Source: Deltaproteobacteria bacterium (GTDB taxonomy: Bacteria; Myxococcota; Kuafuiibacteriia; Kuafuiibacteriales; Kuafuiibacteriaceae). Taken from it: DNA of 64,000 nt. Location: contig JAVJQW010000041.1 in the NCBI GenBank assembly GCA_040218735.1, forward strand, positions 352,001-416,000, read 5' to 3'. Positions 31,005 to 38,528 of the stretch are shown piece after piece (position 1 is the stretch's first letter; every line of letters starts with the position of its first letter). Under the pieces are notes generated by a model, which saw nothing but the letters and a program-made list of their open reading frames with translations, was not told where the DNA came from and did no database searches. A program made the translations under genes and the position numbers.

Positions 31005-31838
31005 ATGCCTGACATTCAGCTGACCCCGGAACAGATCGAGCTGGGCGTGACGTACGCGACGCGCGTCGTCGGCGTCCTCGTCCTCCTCTTCATCGCGAAC
31101 ATCGTCGCGGGTTGGGTTCGTCGCCTCGTCGCGGCCTCCCTCGAGAAGGCCAAGTTCGATGCGACGCTCACGAAGTTCTTCTCGAACTTCGCGCGCTACG
31201 CGGTCCTCATCATGGCGGTCCTCGCCTGCCTCGGTGTATTCGGCATCGAGACCACGAGCTTCGCGGCCGTCATCGGTGCCGCCGGCTTGGCGGTGGGCCT
31301 CGCGTTCCAGGGCACGCTCTCGAACTTCTCCTCGGGTGTCATGTTGCTCGCGTTCCGCCCGTTCAAGGTCGGGGACGTGGTGACGGCCGCGGGTACGACC
31401 GGCAAGGTCGACTCGATCGAGCTGTTCACGACGCGGTTCATCACGCCGGACAACCGGCTGATCATCGTCCCGAACAGCTCCGTGTTCGGCGGGACCATCG
31501 AGAACGTCACGCACTTCGACACGCGGCGCGTGAACGTCGAGGTCGGCACGGACTACGGCGCGGACCTGCAGAAAACGCGCGAGGTCCTCGAGAAGGTCGC
31601 GAACACGGTCGAGGGTCGCATCGACGACCCGGCCTCGCAGGTCTACCTCCTTCAGCTCGGCGGCTCCTCGATCGACTGGACGGTCCGCGTCTGGTGCAAG
31701 ACCGAGGACTTCTGGGGCGTGAAGGAGCGCCTGACGCGCGACATCAAGGACGCGCTCGACGCCGCGGGCATCGGCATCCCGTTCCCGCAGCAGGATGTGC
31801 ACTTCGACGCCGACGTCATCGAAGCGCTCAAGAAGTAA
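31005..31838 (+). CDS. mscS: Small-conductance mechanosensitive channel
   Basis: GAAGLAVGLAFQGTLSNFSSG, RPFKVGD, IIVPNS, GIGIPFPQ. Confidence 0.93.
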   Translation: MPDIQLTPEQIELGVTYATRVVGVLVLLFIANIVAGWVRRLVAASLEKAKFDATLTKFFSNFARYAVLIMAVLACLGVFGIETTSFAAVIGAAGLAVGLAFQGTLSNFSSGVMLLAFRPFKVGDVVTAAGTTGKVDSIELFTTRFITPDNRLIIVPNSSVFGGTIENVTHFDTRRVNVEVGTDYGADLQKTREVLEKVANTVEGRIDDPASQVYLLQLGGSSIDWTVRVWCKTEDFWGVKERLTRDIKDALDAAGIGIPFPQQDVHFDADVIEALKK

Positions 31839-31848
31839 AAAGACCCGT

Positions 31849-31871
31849 CGCCCGGCCTTCGCGGCCGGGCG
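31849..31871. terminator. Hairpin between convergent genes
   Basis: CGCCCGGCC-TTCGC-GGCCGGGCG, perfect 9-bp stem. Confidence 0.65.
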
Positions 31872-31875
31872 CTTG

Positions 31876-32409
31876 TCACCCGAGCAGGCTCTTCAGCCGC
31901 AGCTCCATCTGACCGCCCGCGGGCCCCATCCGCGCCCCGGGCCTCGCCACCACACGCACCGGCGCGGTGCTCGGCAGCTTCACCACCTTCGATGCGAGCG
32001 GCGCGACGCCGTTTTCGAGGGCGATCGTCGCGTCGAGCTCGGCGCGCGCGAGCGCCGCCGCGTGGGCGGAGCGGCGGTCGAGCTCTCCCGCGATACGGCC
32101 GGCTTCCTCGCGCGCGGCCTCCGCCGTGTTCGCGATCTCGCGGTCCTGCGCGTCGAGGATCTGGCGCGTCTTCGTCGCCGTCTTTCGCCGCTCGGTGGTC
32201 GCCGAGACTCGGCGGTTCGTGAGGTCGGCGACGAGCTCCAGATCGAGGCTGGGCGCCGGTGCGGCGTCCCACTGGACCTTGGTGGTCCCCTCCTGGATCC
32301 GCGAGAACGCATCGTCGAAGCGGCGGGGCGCTTCGTCGGGCTTCGCGGGGGCGGCCTTCGTCACGGTGGGCCGGGGCAGGGTGGCGGTGTTGGTTCGTTT
32401 GACGTCCAT
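31876..32409 (-). CDS. Hypothetical coiled-coil protein
   Basis: AGGAG RBS and a sigma54-type promoter upstream; ends at the hairpin. Confidence 0.7.
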   Translation of the reverse strand: MDVKRTNTATLPRPTVTKAAPAKPDEAPRRFDDAFSRIQEGTTKVQWDAAPAPSLDLELVADLTNRRVSATTERRKTATKTRQILDAQDREIANTAEAAREEAGRIAGELDRRSAHAAALARAELDATIALENGVAPLASKVVKLPSTAPVRVVARPGARMGPAGGQMELRLKSLLG

Positions 32410-32438
32410 GTCGGTTCGACTCCTGGGACGTCACCTAC

Positions 32439-32453
32439 GCAACGACGGTGCCA
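32439..32453 (-). promoter_or_regulatory. Sigma54 (-24/-12) promoter
   Basis: Minus strand reads TGGCAC-CGTCG-TTGC, matching the TGGCAC-N5-TTGC consensus, 29 nt before the ATG at 32409. Confidence 0.75.
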
Positions 32454-32551
32454 ACGCCTTCCGGCCCCGGTGCGCAACGCGGGCGTGCACCTCGTGTGGC
32501 GACGACTGCACCGGCGGTGCAGCACCCCCTCGGGGGCGTGGGCAGATCAGA

Positions 32552-33259
32552 TCACGGCGAGAGGCGGGTCGCGCGGAGGTTGCCGTTGATGCGGCACACG
32601 CCGCCGGTGGTCGTGTTCGCGAGCGTGACCTGGACGAAGTCGACGTCGATGCGCCCCGCGGACGGGACGTACTCGCGGACCACGAGCGTGCCGCCGATCG
32701 GATCCGGCGCGTTCCCCGTGATGACGTCGGAGTCCGTCGAGAGGTTGGTCCAGGTCGTGGGGAGGATGACGAGGTTCACGACCTGGCCGGTCTCGATGCG
32801 GTGCTGCGAGGAGAGCACCATCGTCTGCGCGCCGTTCAGGTCGAACTGCAGGCTGCTCGTGAGGTTGCTCTGTCGCACGGAGCCGACGGCGATCGAGCCG
32901 TTGTAGCTCACCACGATCTCCCCCGAGAAGTCGGCGGCGCACCCGTCGAAGGTGAGGCCGACCGTCGCAGCCGGCGGTCCGGCGTCTCGGAAGCCCGCGT
33001 CGTGAAAGCCGGCGTCATGAAAGCCGGCGTCGTGAAAGCCGGCGTCGCGGATCCCCGCGTCGAGGGCGCCCGCGTCGGGGCGAGGGCCCGCGTCGCGGTT
33101 CGGGTCGAACGGTCCGGCGTCGCGCGCGGCGGCGTCGGTCGCGCCCGCATCACGGTTCGGTCGGAACACACCGTTGTTGCCACCACCCGCGCCGATGTCG
33201 CGGCGGGAGCCGTCGCAGGCGAGCGCGAGCAGCGGGACGAGGAGCAGCGCGGAGCGCAC
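32552..33259 (-). CDS. Lipoprotein with DAG-repeat linker and C-terminal beta domain
   Basis: Lipobox LLVPLLALAC after GTG 33259; about ten DAG motifs; Cys pair bracketing the C-terminal domain. Confidence 0.75.
   Translation of the reverse strand: MRSALLLVPLLALACDGSRRDIGAGGGNNGVFRPNRDAGATDAAARDAGPFDPNRDAGPRPDAGALDAGIRDAGFHDAGFHDAGFHDAGFRDAGPPAATVGLTFDGCAADFSGEIVVSYNGSIAVGSVRQSNLTSSLQFDLNGAQTMVLSSQHRIETGQVVNLVILPTTWTNLSTDSDVITGNAPDPIGGTLVVREYVPSAGRIDVDFVQVTLANTTTGGVCRINGNLRATRLSP
32989..33057 (-). repeat. 15-bp tandem repeat encoding (DAGFH)n
   Basis: GAAAGCCGGCGTC(G/A)T repeated on the + strand. Confidence 0.85.
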
Positions 33260-33332
33260 GCCCGTTCTACGCCGCTCGCGTTCGTATCTCCCCGCGGCCC
33301 AAGACGTGTCCGTGGGCGCATCGCTCGAGCGC

Positions 33333-34649
33333 TCAGCAGTCGGTCGAAGGCGCCGGTGACATCTCACCGCCGAGCGCGCAGCGGTGGGCGTTGATGCGAA
33401 TCCGGCCGACGCCTCCTCCGCCCCCTCCTCCCGGGCGATCGCCTCCGGAGCCGCCCGCACCGCTTCGGCCGTCCTCACCCGCCAGCGCTTCGACGAGCCC
33501 CGTCGCACCGTCGCCGCCCGTAGCGCCAGGCCCCGCCGAACCGCCGTTCGCGACGGACGTGGCGGCTGCGCCGTCGTCCCCGTGTTCACCGTCGTCGTCG
33601 TCGTCCTCTCCACCGGCCTGACCGCCGCCGGCTCCGTTGGCGAAGAGTCCACCCTCGACGGTCACGACGTCGGCTTCGAGGAGGAGCGCGCCGCCGGAGC
33701 CGCCGCCGCCTCCGGCCGCGCGCCGGTCGCCGCCCCGGCCCCCCTCGCCGAACGCATCGACGTGACCGCGGACCAGGATCGATCCGCTCGCCGAGATCTC
33801 GAGCGCACCTCCGCCGCGCCCGCCCGGTGCGTTGCCGTCGCCGCCCGCGCAGCCCGTGAGGAGCGGGACGAGCTCGGGCGTACCGTTCGCCGAGGCACCA
33901 TCGCCGCCGCCTCTGTCATCCGCGTCACCGCCCGGCGCGCCATCGGTGCCGAAGCCTCCGCCTCCACCGCCCCCGTCGTTGCGTCCGTTCGTTCCGGGGC
34001 AGCTCCGTGTGGCGTGCGCGACCGTGACTTCGCCGTCGATCAGGACGTTGCCGTCGATGATCACGAGGAGCGGTCTGCTGCCGCGCACGTCGAGGCGACC
34101 GGCGGCGGTGACTTCGAAGCGGCGGGCGGTCAGCAGCACGAGCTCTCCATCCGCGGTGCTCAGGACGTGAAGGTCGGGCGGAGGTCCGCACCATGCGTCG
34201 GCCTGCGCGGTGTCCGTGTCGACGAACGCCTCGCAGTCCACGTGGAGCGCGTCGTGGATCACCACGTCGCTGGGCTCATAGTTAGAGCTGAACGGAGGCG
34301 TGAAGCCGGTCATCGGCGCACCGCCGTCCGTCGCGGCGGTGCCGCCATCGCGAGGGGGGGACGCGTCGACGGCACCGCCGTCCAGGGTTCCGGAATCGAG
34401 GGACACGTTGCCATCCGTCGTCGAACCGGCGCCCCCGTCGCGGACGCGCGGTGGCATCAGCGGTAGCGACGGGCGCGGCGCGTAGTCACACGCAGCGAGC
34501 ACGACAAACGACGAAGCAGCCCAGGTCATCGCAACCCATGTTGCGCGTGAGCGGCGGGAGGACGTCCCCCTGGCGAACGCCGAACTCGCGGTCGATGGGC
34601 CTCGGGCGAGGACCGGGAGACCGAGGATCGAGGCGATTCGTGCGCTCAT
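33333..34649 (-). CDS. Gly-rich lipoprotein (GGGGG-repeat domain), DGG linker
   Basis: Lipobox-like FVVLAAC; GGGGGGFG..G..GG, GGGGGSGG.LLLEA, GGGGGGVGRIRIN. Start is 34649 (next to the promoter motif) or 34529. Confidence 0.75.
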   Translation of the reverse strand: MSARIASILGLPVLARGPSTASSAFARGTSSRRSRATWVAMTWAASSFVVLAACDYAPRPSLPLMPPRVRDGGAGSTTDGNVSLDSGTLDGGAVDASPPRDGGTAATDGGAPMTGFTPPFSSNYEPSDVVIHDALHVDCEAFVDTDTAQADAWCGPPPDLHVLSTADGELVLLTARRFEVTAAGRLDVRGSRPLLVIIDGNVLIDGEVTVAHATRSCPGTNGRNDGGGGGGGFGTDGAPGGDADDRGGGDGASANGTPELVPLLTGCAGGDGNAPGGRGGGALEISASGSILVRGHVDAFGEGGRGGDRRAAGGGGGSGGALLLEADVVTVEGGLFANGAGGGQAGGEDDDDDGEHGDDGAAATSVANGGSAGPGATGGDGATGLVEALAGEDGRSGAGGSGGDRPGGGGGGGVGRIRINAHRCALGGEMSPAPSTDC

Positions 34650-34657
34650 GGTGGTCC

Positions 34658-34688
34658 GTACGAAGGACCGCGGCCGCGGAGCGATTCG
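34658..34688 (-). promoter_or_regulatory. Putative ECF promoter P1: CGAATCGCTCC-N15-CGTAC
   Basis: One of four similar motifs in this locus; 8 nt upstream of ATG 34649. Confidence 0.7.
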
Positions 34689-34699
34689 ATCTTCGTTCG

Positions 34700-36172
34700 T
34701 CAGTCGAGCAGCACGTAGCTCACGACGGAGCCGATCAAGAGCCCACCGCCGACGGCGAACAACGCGTTGGCGGTGCGCGCGTCACGGCGTCCGTCGTTCG
34801 CGATCGCCTCTGCGCCGGCGGCATCGCCGATGTAACCCGCGAGGTTGCGCTCCGCGTTGTTGGCGCGGACCCCGAACACGGCGCCGACGATCCCCGCGGC
34901 GGTCGCCGCGCCGGCGAGCCCCAGCGCCACCACGCGCGGCGTCGTAAAGAAGGGTGCTTCCACGATCGGTCGCGACGTCGTGACCGCGGGCGGCGGGTTG
35001 GCTTTGAAGCCCTCGAAGAAGGCCTGACCGAACGGGATCGCAAACAGGTCGTTGCGGAAGCTGATCTCCTCCGCGCCCCGTCGCTCGAGCTGCGTCGGTT
35101 GCGACGGCAGGTTCGACGCATTCACGCGAGCGACGGCGTCGAGCGGGATGACCCGCTCGCTGTCATCGGTGCGCAGGAAGTAGACGCTCTGGGGGACGAG
35201 CGTCATCGTCACGGGTCCGTCCACGCTCATGTTGAAATCGGCGAAGCGAACGCCGCGTCCGTCCTCGAGGAAGTAGCGGCCTGCGAGCGACGACGGCACG
35301 AACACCGACGGGGCGTCCGAAGCGCGTTCGCGTTCGAACAGCGGCTCGGCGATTCGAAGGCGGGGCGCAGCGACGAACGGTTCGAGCTTCGCACGCACGT
35401 CGCGGATTCGGCCGTTCGCCGCGTAGAGGAATGCGCGCACTTCTTCGTAGGTGACGCGACCGTCGCCATCGACGTCGGCCGCGCCTGCGAGCGCGGATCG
35501 CACCTCGTGGCTGAAGATCCCGGCTGCGAAGCGCCCCCACTCGTGGACGTCGGAGGCGTTCGATGTCGACAACAGGACGCCGGTGTTCGGGTAGCGGTCG
35601 AGATCTTCACGGTCCAAGAAGTCGTCGAGAGCGCGATTGATCGCCGCGTCCCCGTCCCCGCGTTTGGCGACGAGGAGGTAGGCGTTGCACGCGTCGATCA
35701 CCACGTGGTTCACGGTTGCCGGAGACTTCGAGATGACCTCCTGGAAGAGGTCACTCCGCGAAAATCGTGCGTCGAAGAGGTGCATCGTCCCTTCGCCGTC
35801 GTCGTCGACGCTGCCGTGCCCGACGTACACGAAGTAGAACGCAGTCCGACGCCCCTCGGCCTTCGCGGATTCGATCGCCTCGAACGTGTCGTGGAGCGCG
35901 TCGAGGAGCCCAGCCCGGGTGGGGACCTCGGCGACGGCGGACGTCGCGGGATGGCGTCGTTGCGTCGAGGCGTCGAGGACGGAGAGCACGCGGACCTGCT
36001 TCGCGAATAGCGCAAGCAGCTCGTGGTAGCGCGCGCCGTCGTCGTCCGCGAACTCGAGGTCGTCGAGTCCGCCGTCGAGGCTCTTGTTGTTCGCGACGAT
36101 GACCGCGAACGACTCCGTCTCGGGCGGCGGGGCACCCGCGAGCGCGACGGCGAGGGTGAGCGTGGCGATCAC
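34700..36172 (-). CDS. Exported caspase-family (C14-like) cysteine protease with C-terminal membrane segments
   Basis: Signal peptide MIATLTLAVALAG; L.FADDD, YVGHG (His) and IDACNA (Cys) dyad, GIFSH...L.GAAD.DGDG.VT..E; two hydrophobic segments at the C-terminus. Confidence 0.85.
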   Translation of the reverse strand: MIATLTLAVALAGAPPPETESFAVIVANNKSLDGGLDDLEFADDDGARYHELLALFAKQVRVLSVLDASTQRRHPATSAVAEVPTRAGLLDALHDTFEAIESAKAEGRRTAFYFVYVGHGSVDDDGEGTMHLFDARFSRSDLFQEVISKSPATVNHVVIDACNAYLLVAKRGDGDAAINRALDDFLDREDLDRYPNTGVLLSTSNASDVHEWGRFAAGIFSHEVRSALAGAADVDGDGRVTYEEVRAFLYAANGRIRDVRAKLEPFVAAPRLRIAEPLFERERASDAPSVFVPSSLAGRYFLEDGRGVRFADFNMSVDGPVTMTLVPQSVYFLRTDDSERVIPLDAVARVNASNLPSQPTQLERRGAEEISFRNDLFAIPFGQAFFEGFKANPPPAVTTSRPIVEAPFFTTPRVVALGLAGAATAAGIVGAVFGVRANNAERNLAGYIGDAAGAEAIANDGRRDARTANALFAVGGGLLIGSVVSYVLLD

Positions 36173-36909
36173 TTCGCGACCACCTGACCTTCGACGACGC
36201 GGACGCGGACGTCGTCATCCGAGGGCTCCGAGCCCCACCGGTGTTTCGCGGTGACCTCGGAGCTGGCGCCGAACACCGCCACGAAGCGCACCGGCCCCGT
36301 CGGCCAGGCGCCGACGTCGAGCCGCGACGAGAGCCGTACCTCGACCGCGTCGAGCTCGACGGGTAGCGGCCCGATCTCCGCGAGGGGGCGCCCGGCGTCG
36401 TCGAGGACGCCGAACTTCATCAAGCGCGCGTCACGACCCGTCGAGTACACGATCTGCAGGATGTCACCCTCGGCGATCGCGGACGAGGCCGCGTCTGCGA
36501 CCTGAACCTTGTCGTCCTGCTCCACCCGGAGCCGAAGGACGCGGATCCCGTACTTCGCGTCGAGGGTGACGTTGTCACCGCGCTGGTTCATCCGGTCCTC
36601 GGAGGGTTGCACGACGAAGAAGACACTCCCGGCCGCAGCGAGCGCGGCGGCGAATGCCCACCCGAAGCGCCGCGAGGCGCGCGGCGGGCTGGGCGGAGCG
36701 AGGCGAGCCGCGACGCGATCGAAGGAGGCGGGGGCGAGGTCCCCGTCGGCGACGGCGTAGAGCTGCTGCTCGGCCTTGGCGTGTCGTTCGAAGATACGTT
36801 CACAATCCGCGCACTGCTCGAGGTGCGCGTAGACCTCGTTCGACTCCGACTCCGAGAGTCGCCCCTCGAAGAGGCGCGTGATCATATCGCCGACGTGTTG
36901 CCCGCTCAT
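36169..36909 (-). CDS. Zinc-binding (zf-HC2/ZAS) transmembrane anti-sigma factor
   Basis: HLEQCADC (HxxxCxxC), TM FGWAFAAALAAAGSVFFVV, extracytoplasmic beta domain; 4-nt overlap with the caspase gene. Confidence 0.85.
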   Translation of the reverse strand: MSGQHVGDMITRLFEGRLSESESNEVYAHLEQCADCERIFERHAKAEQQLYAVADGDLAPASFDRVAARLAPPSPPRASRRFGWAFAAALAAAGSVFFVVQPSEDRMNQRGDNVTLDAKYGIRVLRLRVEQDDKVQVADAASSAIAEGDILQIVYSTGRDARLMKFGVLDDAGRPLAEIGPLPVELDAVEVRLSSRLDVGAWPTGPVRFVAVFGASSEVTAKHRWGSEPSDDDVRVRVVEGQVVAK

Positions 36910-36919
36910 CCGCTCCTCC

Positions 36920-37609
36920 TCACAGGACCCCGACGGAGCGGAGCCAGCCCGCGCCCGTATTTCGGTAGCCGGTCAGATAGCCGTTCTTCTTGAGCATCCG
37001 GAAGAAGTTCGTCCGGATGCGGCGCTCCGATGTCTTGATCTTCGACTCACTCAGGCCGGTGCGTTCCGCGATCTCCTTGTGCTGCAGACCCGCGAGGAAC
37101 CGCAGCTCGTACACCTCGCGCTCGCGCGCGTCGAGCCCGTCGACGAAGCGACCGACCAGCGCTTCGAGCTCGCGGTCGGCGGCTGCGTCCTCGGCGTCGG
37201 CGGGGCGAGCGGGAGCGATCGGCTGCGAGAAGTCGACGTCGTGGGGGGCGTCGTCGAGCAGGTCGTAGTCGACCAGCGCGCGCTCCTTCCTCCGAAAGTC
37301 ATCGATGACGAGGTTCTTCGCGATGGTGGCGATGTAGCGTTCGTACGGCGTCAGCCCGTCGTAGCCAGAGCGCGCGCGGTCCGAGAACGCGCGCGCGAAG
37401 ACATCGTGGAGGCGGTCCTCGAGGTCGAAGGTGGAGGACGCGCCGCGGAACCGGCAGGTCCGCCCGCCGGACTGGAACGTAAACCCGTGCCGGAGGACCT
37501 GCGCGACGCGGGGGGCGTAGCAGGTGAATACCGCCGAGAGCGCGTCTCGGTCGCCGCGCCGGAAGCCGTCGAGCAGCTTGCGATCTTCTTCGAGCGGAGG
37601 AATTTCCAT
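36920..37609 (-). CDS. ECF sigma-70 factor
   Basis: GDRDAL...Y, EDRLHDVF, YIATIAKNLVIDDFRR (region 2), REREVYELRFLAGLQHKEIAERTGLSESKIK (region 4). Confidence 0.93.
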   Translation of the reverse strand: MEIPPLEEDRKLLDGFRRGDRDALSAVFTCYAPRVAQVLRHGFTFQSGGRTCRFRGASSTFDLEDRLHDVFARAFSDRARSGYDGLTPYERYIATIAKNLVIDDFRRKERALVDYDLLDDAPHDVDFSQPIAPARPADAEDAAADRELEALVGRFVDGLDAREREVYELRFLAGLQHKEIAERTGLSESKIKTSERRIRTNFFRMLKKNGYLTGYRNTGAGWLRSVGVL

Positions 37610-37616
37610 GTTCGTT

Positions 37617-37643
37617 TCGCTTTGCGGCCGGCGTCGTCCGTAC
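37617..37643 (+). promoter_or_regulatory. Putative ECF promoter P2: TCGCTTT-N15-CGTAC
   Basis: Upstream of the lipoprotein ATG 37669; same spacing as P1 and P3. Confidence 0.6.
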
Positions 37644-37654
37644 CCTAGTGTGCC

Positions 37655-37681
37655 GTACGGACGAACCGATGCTGGGAGCGA
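37655..37681 (-). promoter_or_regulatory. Putative autoregulatory ECF promoter P3: TCGCTCC-N15-CGTAC
   Basis: Minus strand, upstream of the sigma/anti-sigma/caspase operon. Confidence 0.7.
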
Positions 37682-38478
37682 AAAAATCTGCTTGGACCCT
37701 CGCGGTCGTCCTCGGGAGCCTGACCACGGGTTGTTTCCCCGACCTCACCCCCGATCGAGGGAGTCTGACGGTCGGGCTCTTGGGGGTCGACACCGGCACG
37801 GACACGGTTCGCGTCACGGTGACCGCGGGTGCGGAGCGCCTGGTGGTCGAGGAGGCGCTCACGCCCGCCGCTTCGGTCCGCGTCGAGGTCGTCCCGGTGG
37901 GACCGATCGGCGTCCTCGCGGAGACGCTGCGGCAGGGCACCCTGCTTCAGTCCAAGGGCGTCAACACCGACGTACAGATGGGAGAGAACGACATCGGCAT
38001 CGACTTCGGTTCCGCCGGTCCCAACCCGCCGGACGAGGTACGTTCCGCGCCGCAGGCGGTCGTCGTGCGGCTCGAGGACGAGGACATCGTCGGGGGCCGC
38101 CTGCAGGGGGCAGAGCGCATCGAGCGTGATCCGTTCCTCGCGTTCCTCTCGGCGGCGCGTGCGTCGCTGGGCGGGGCAGTCCAGGTCGTTGGCGTCGTCG
38201 AGGCGACCGCGTCTACCGGCGACGACACGTTCGACGATGTCTTCGATGGACCGTTCGACCTGGAGATCGCGCCCGAGGGGGGCGGGGGGATCGTCGTCGG
38301 GACCTTCGCGGCGTCGGGGGCGCAGAGCCAGCTCATCGCCAACGACGCGGACCTCGCGGGTCTCGCGACGTCGTTCGAAGCGGGGCGGTTCGACGTGCGG
38401 CTCGACGGCCCGACGTCGGCGTCGCAGGTGGACCTCGAGGTCTCCGTCGAGGTTGTGTTCGCGGCCACGCTGCGCTGA
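37669..38478 (+). CDS. Lipoprotein, unknown function
   Basis: Lipobox VVLGSLTTGC; acidic, beta-rich. Confidence 0.75.
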   Translation: MLGAKKSAWTLAVVLGSLTTGCFPDLTPDRGSLTVGLLGVDTGTDTVRVTVTAGAERLVVEEALTPAASVRVEVVPVGPIGVLAETLRQGTLLQSKGVNTDVQMGENDIGIDFGSAGPNPPDEVRSAPQAVVVRLEDEDIVGGRLQGAERIERDPFLAFLSAARASLGGAVQVVGVVEATASTGDDTFDDVFDGPFDLEIAPEGGGGIVVGTFAASGAQSQLIANDADLAGLATSFEAGRFDVRLDGPTSASQVDLEVSVEVVFAATLR

Positions 38479-38489
38479 ATTCTTCACTT

Positions 38490-38519
38490 CGAATCGCTCC
38501 ACGCGCGCTCCGCTCGTAC
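38490..38519 (+). promoter_or_regulatory. Putative ECF promoter P4: CGAATCGCTCC-N14-CGTAC
   Basis: 11-bp upstream element identical to P1; 9 nt upstream of ATG 38529. Confidence 0.7.
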
Positions 38520-38528
38520 GGGACGAGC

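Noticed and set aside
33268-33300. Fifth ECF promoter upstream of the DAG lipoprotein
   Set aside because: A CGTAG is present but there is no TCGCT element at the right spacing. The gene may be co-transcribed from P1.
34700-36172. Caspase as an anti-phage or cell-death effector (gasdermin, CRISPR or NLR-linked)
   Set aside because: No gasdermin, STAND ATPase, TIR or cas gene nearby, and the protease has a signal peptide and sits in a sigma/anti-sigma operon.
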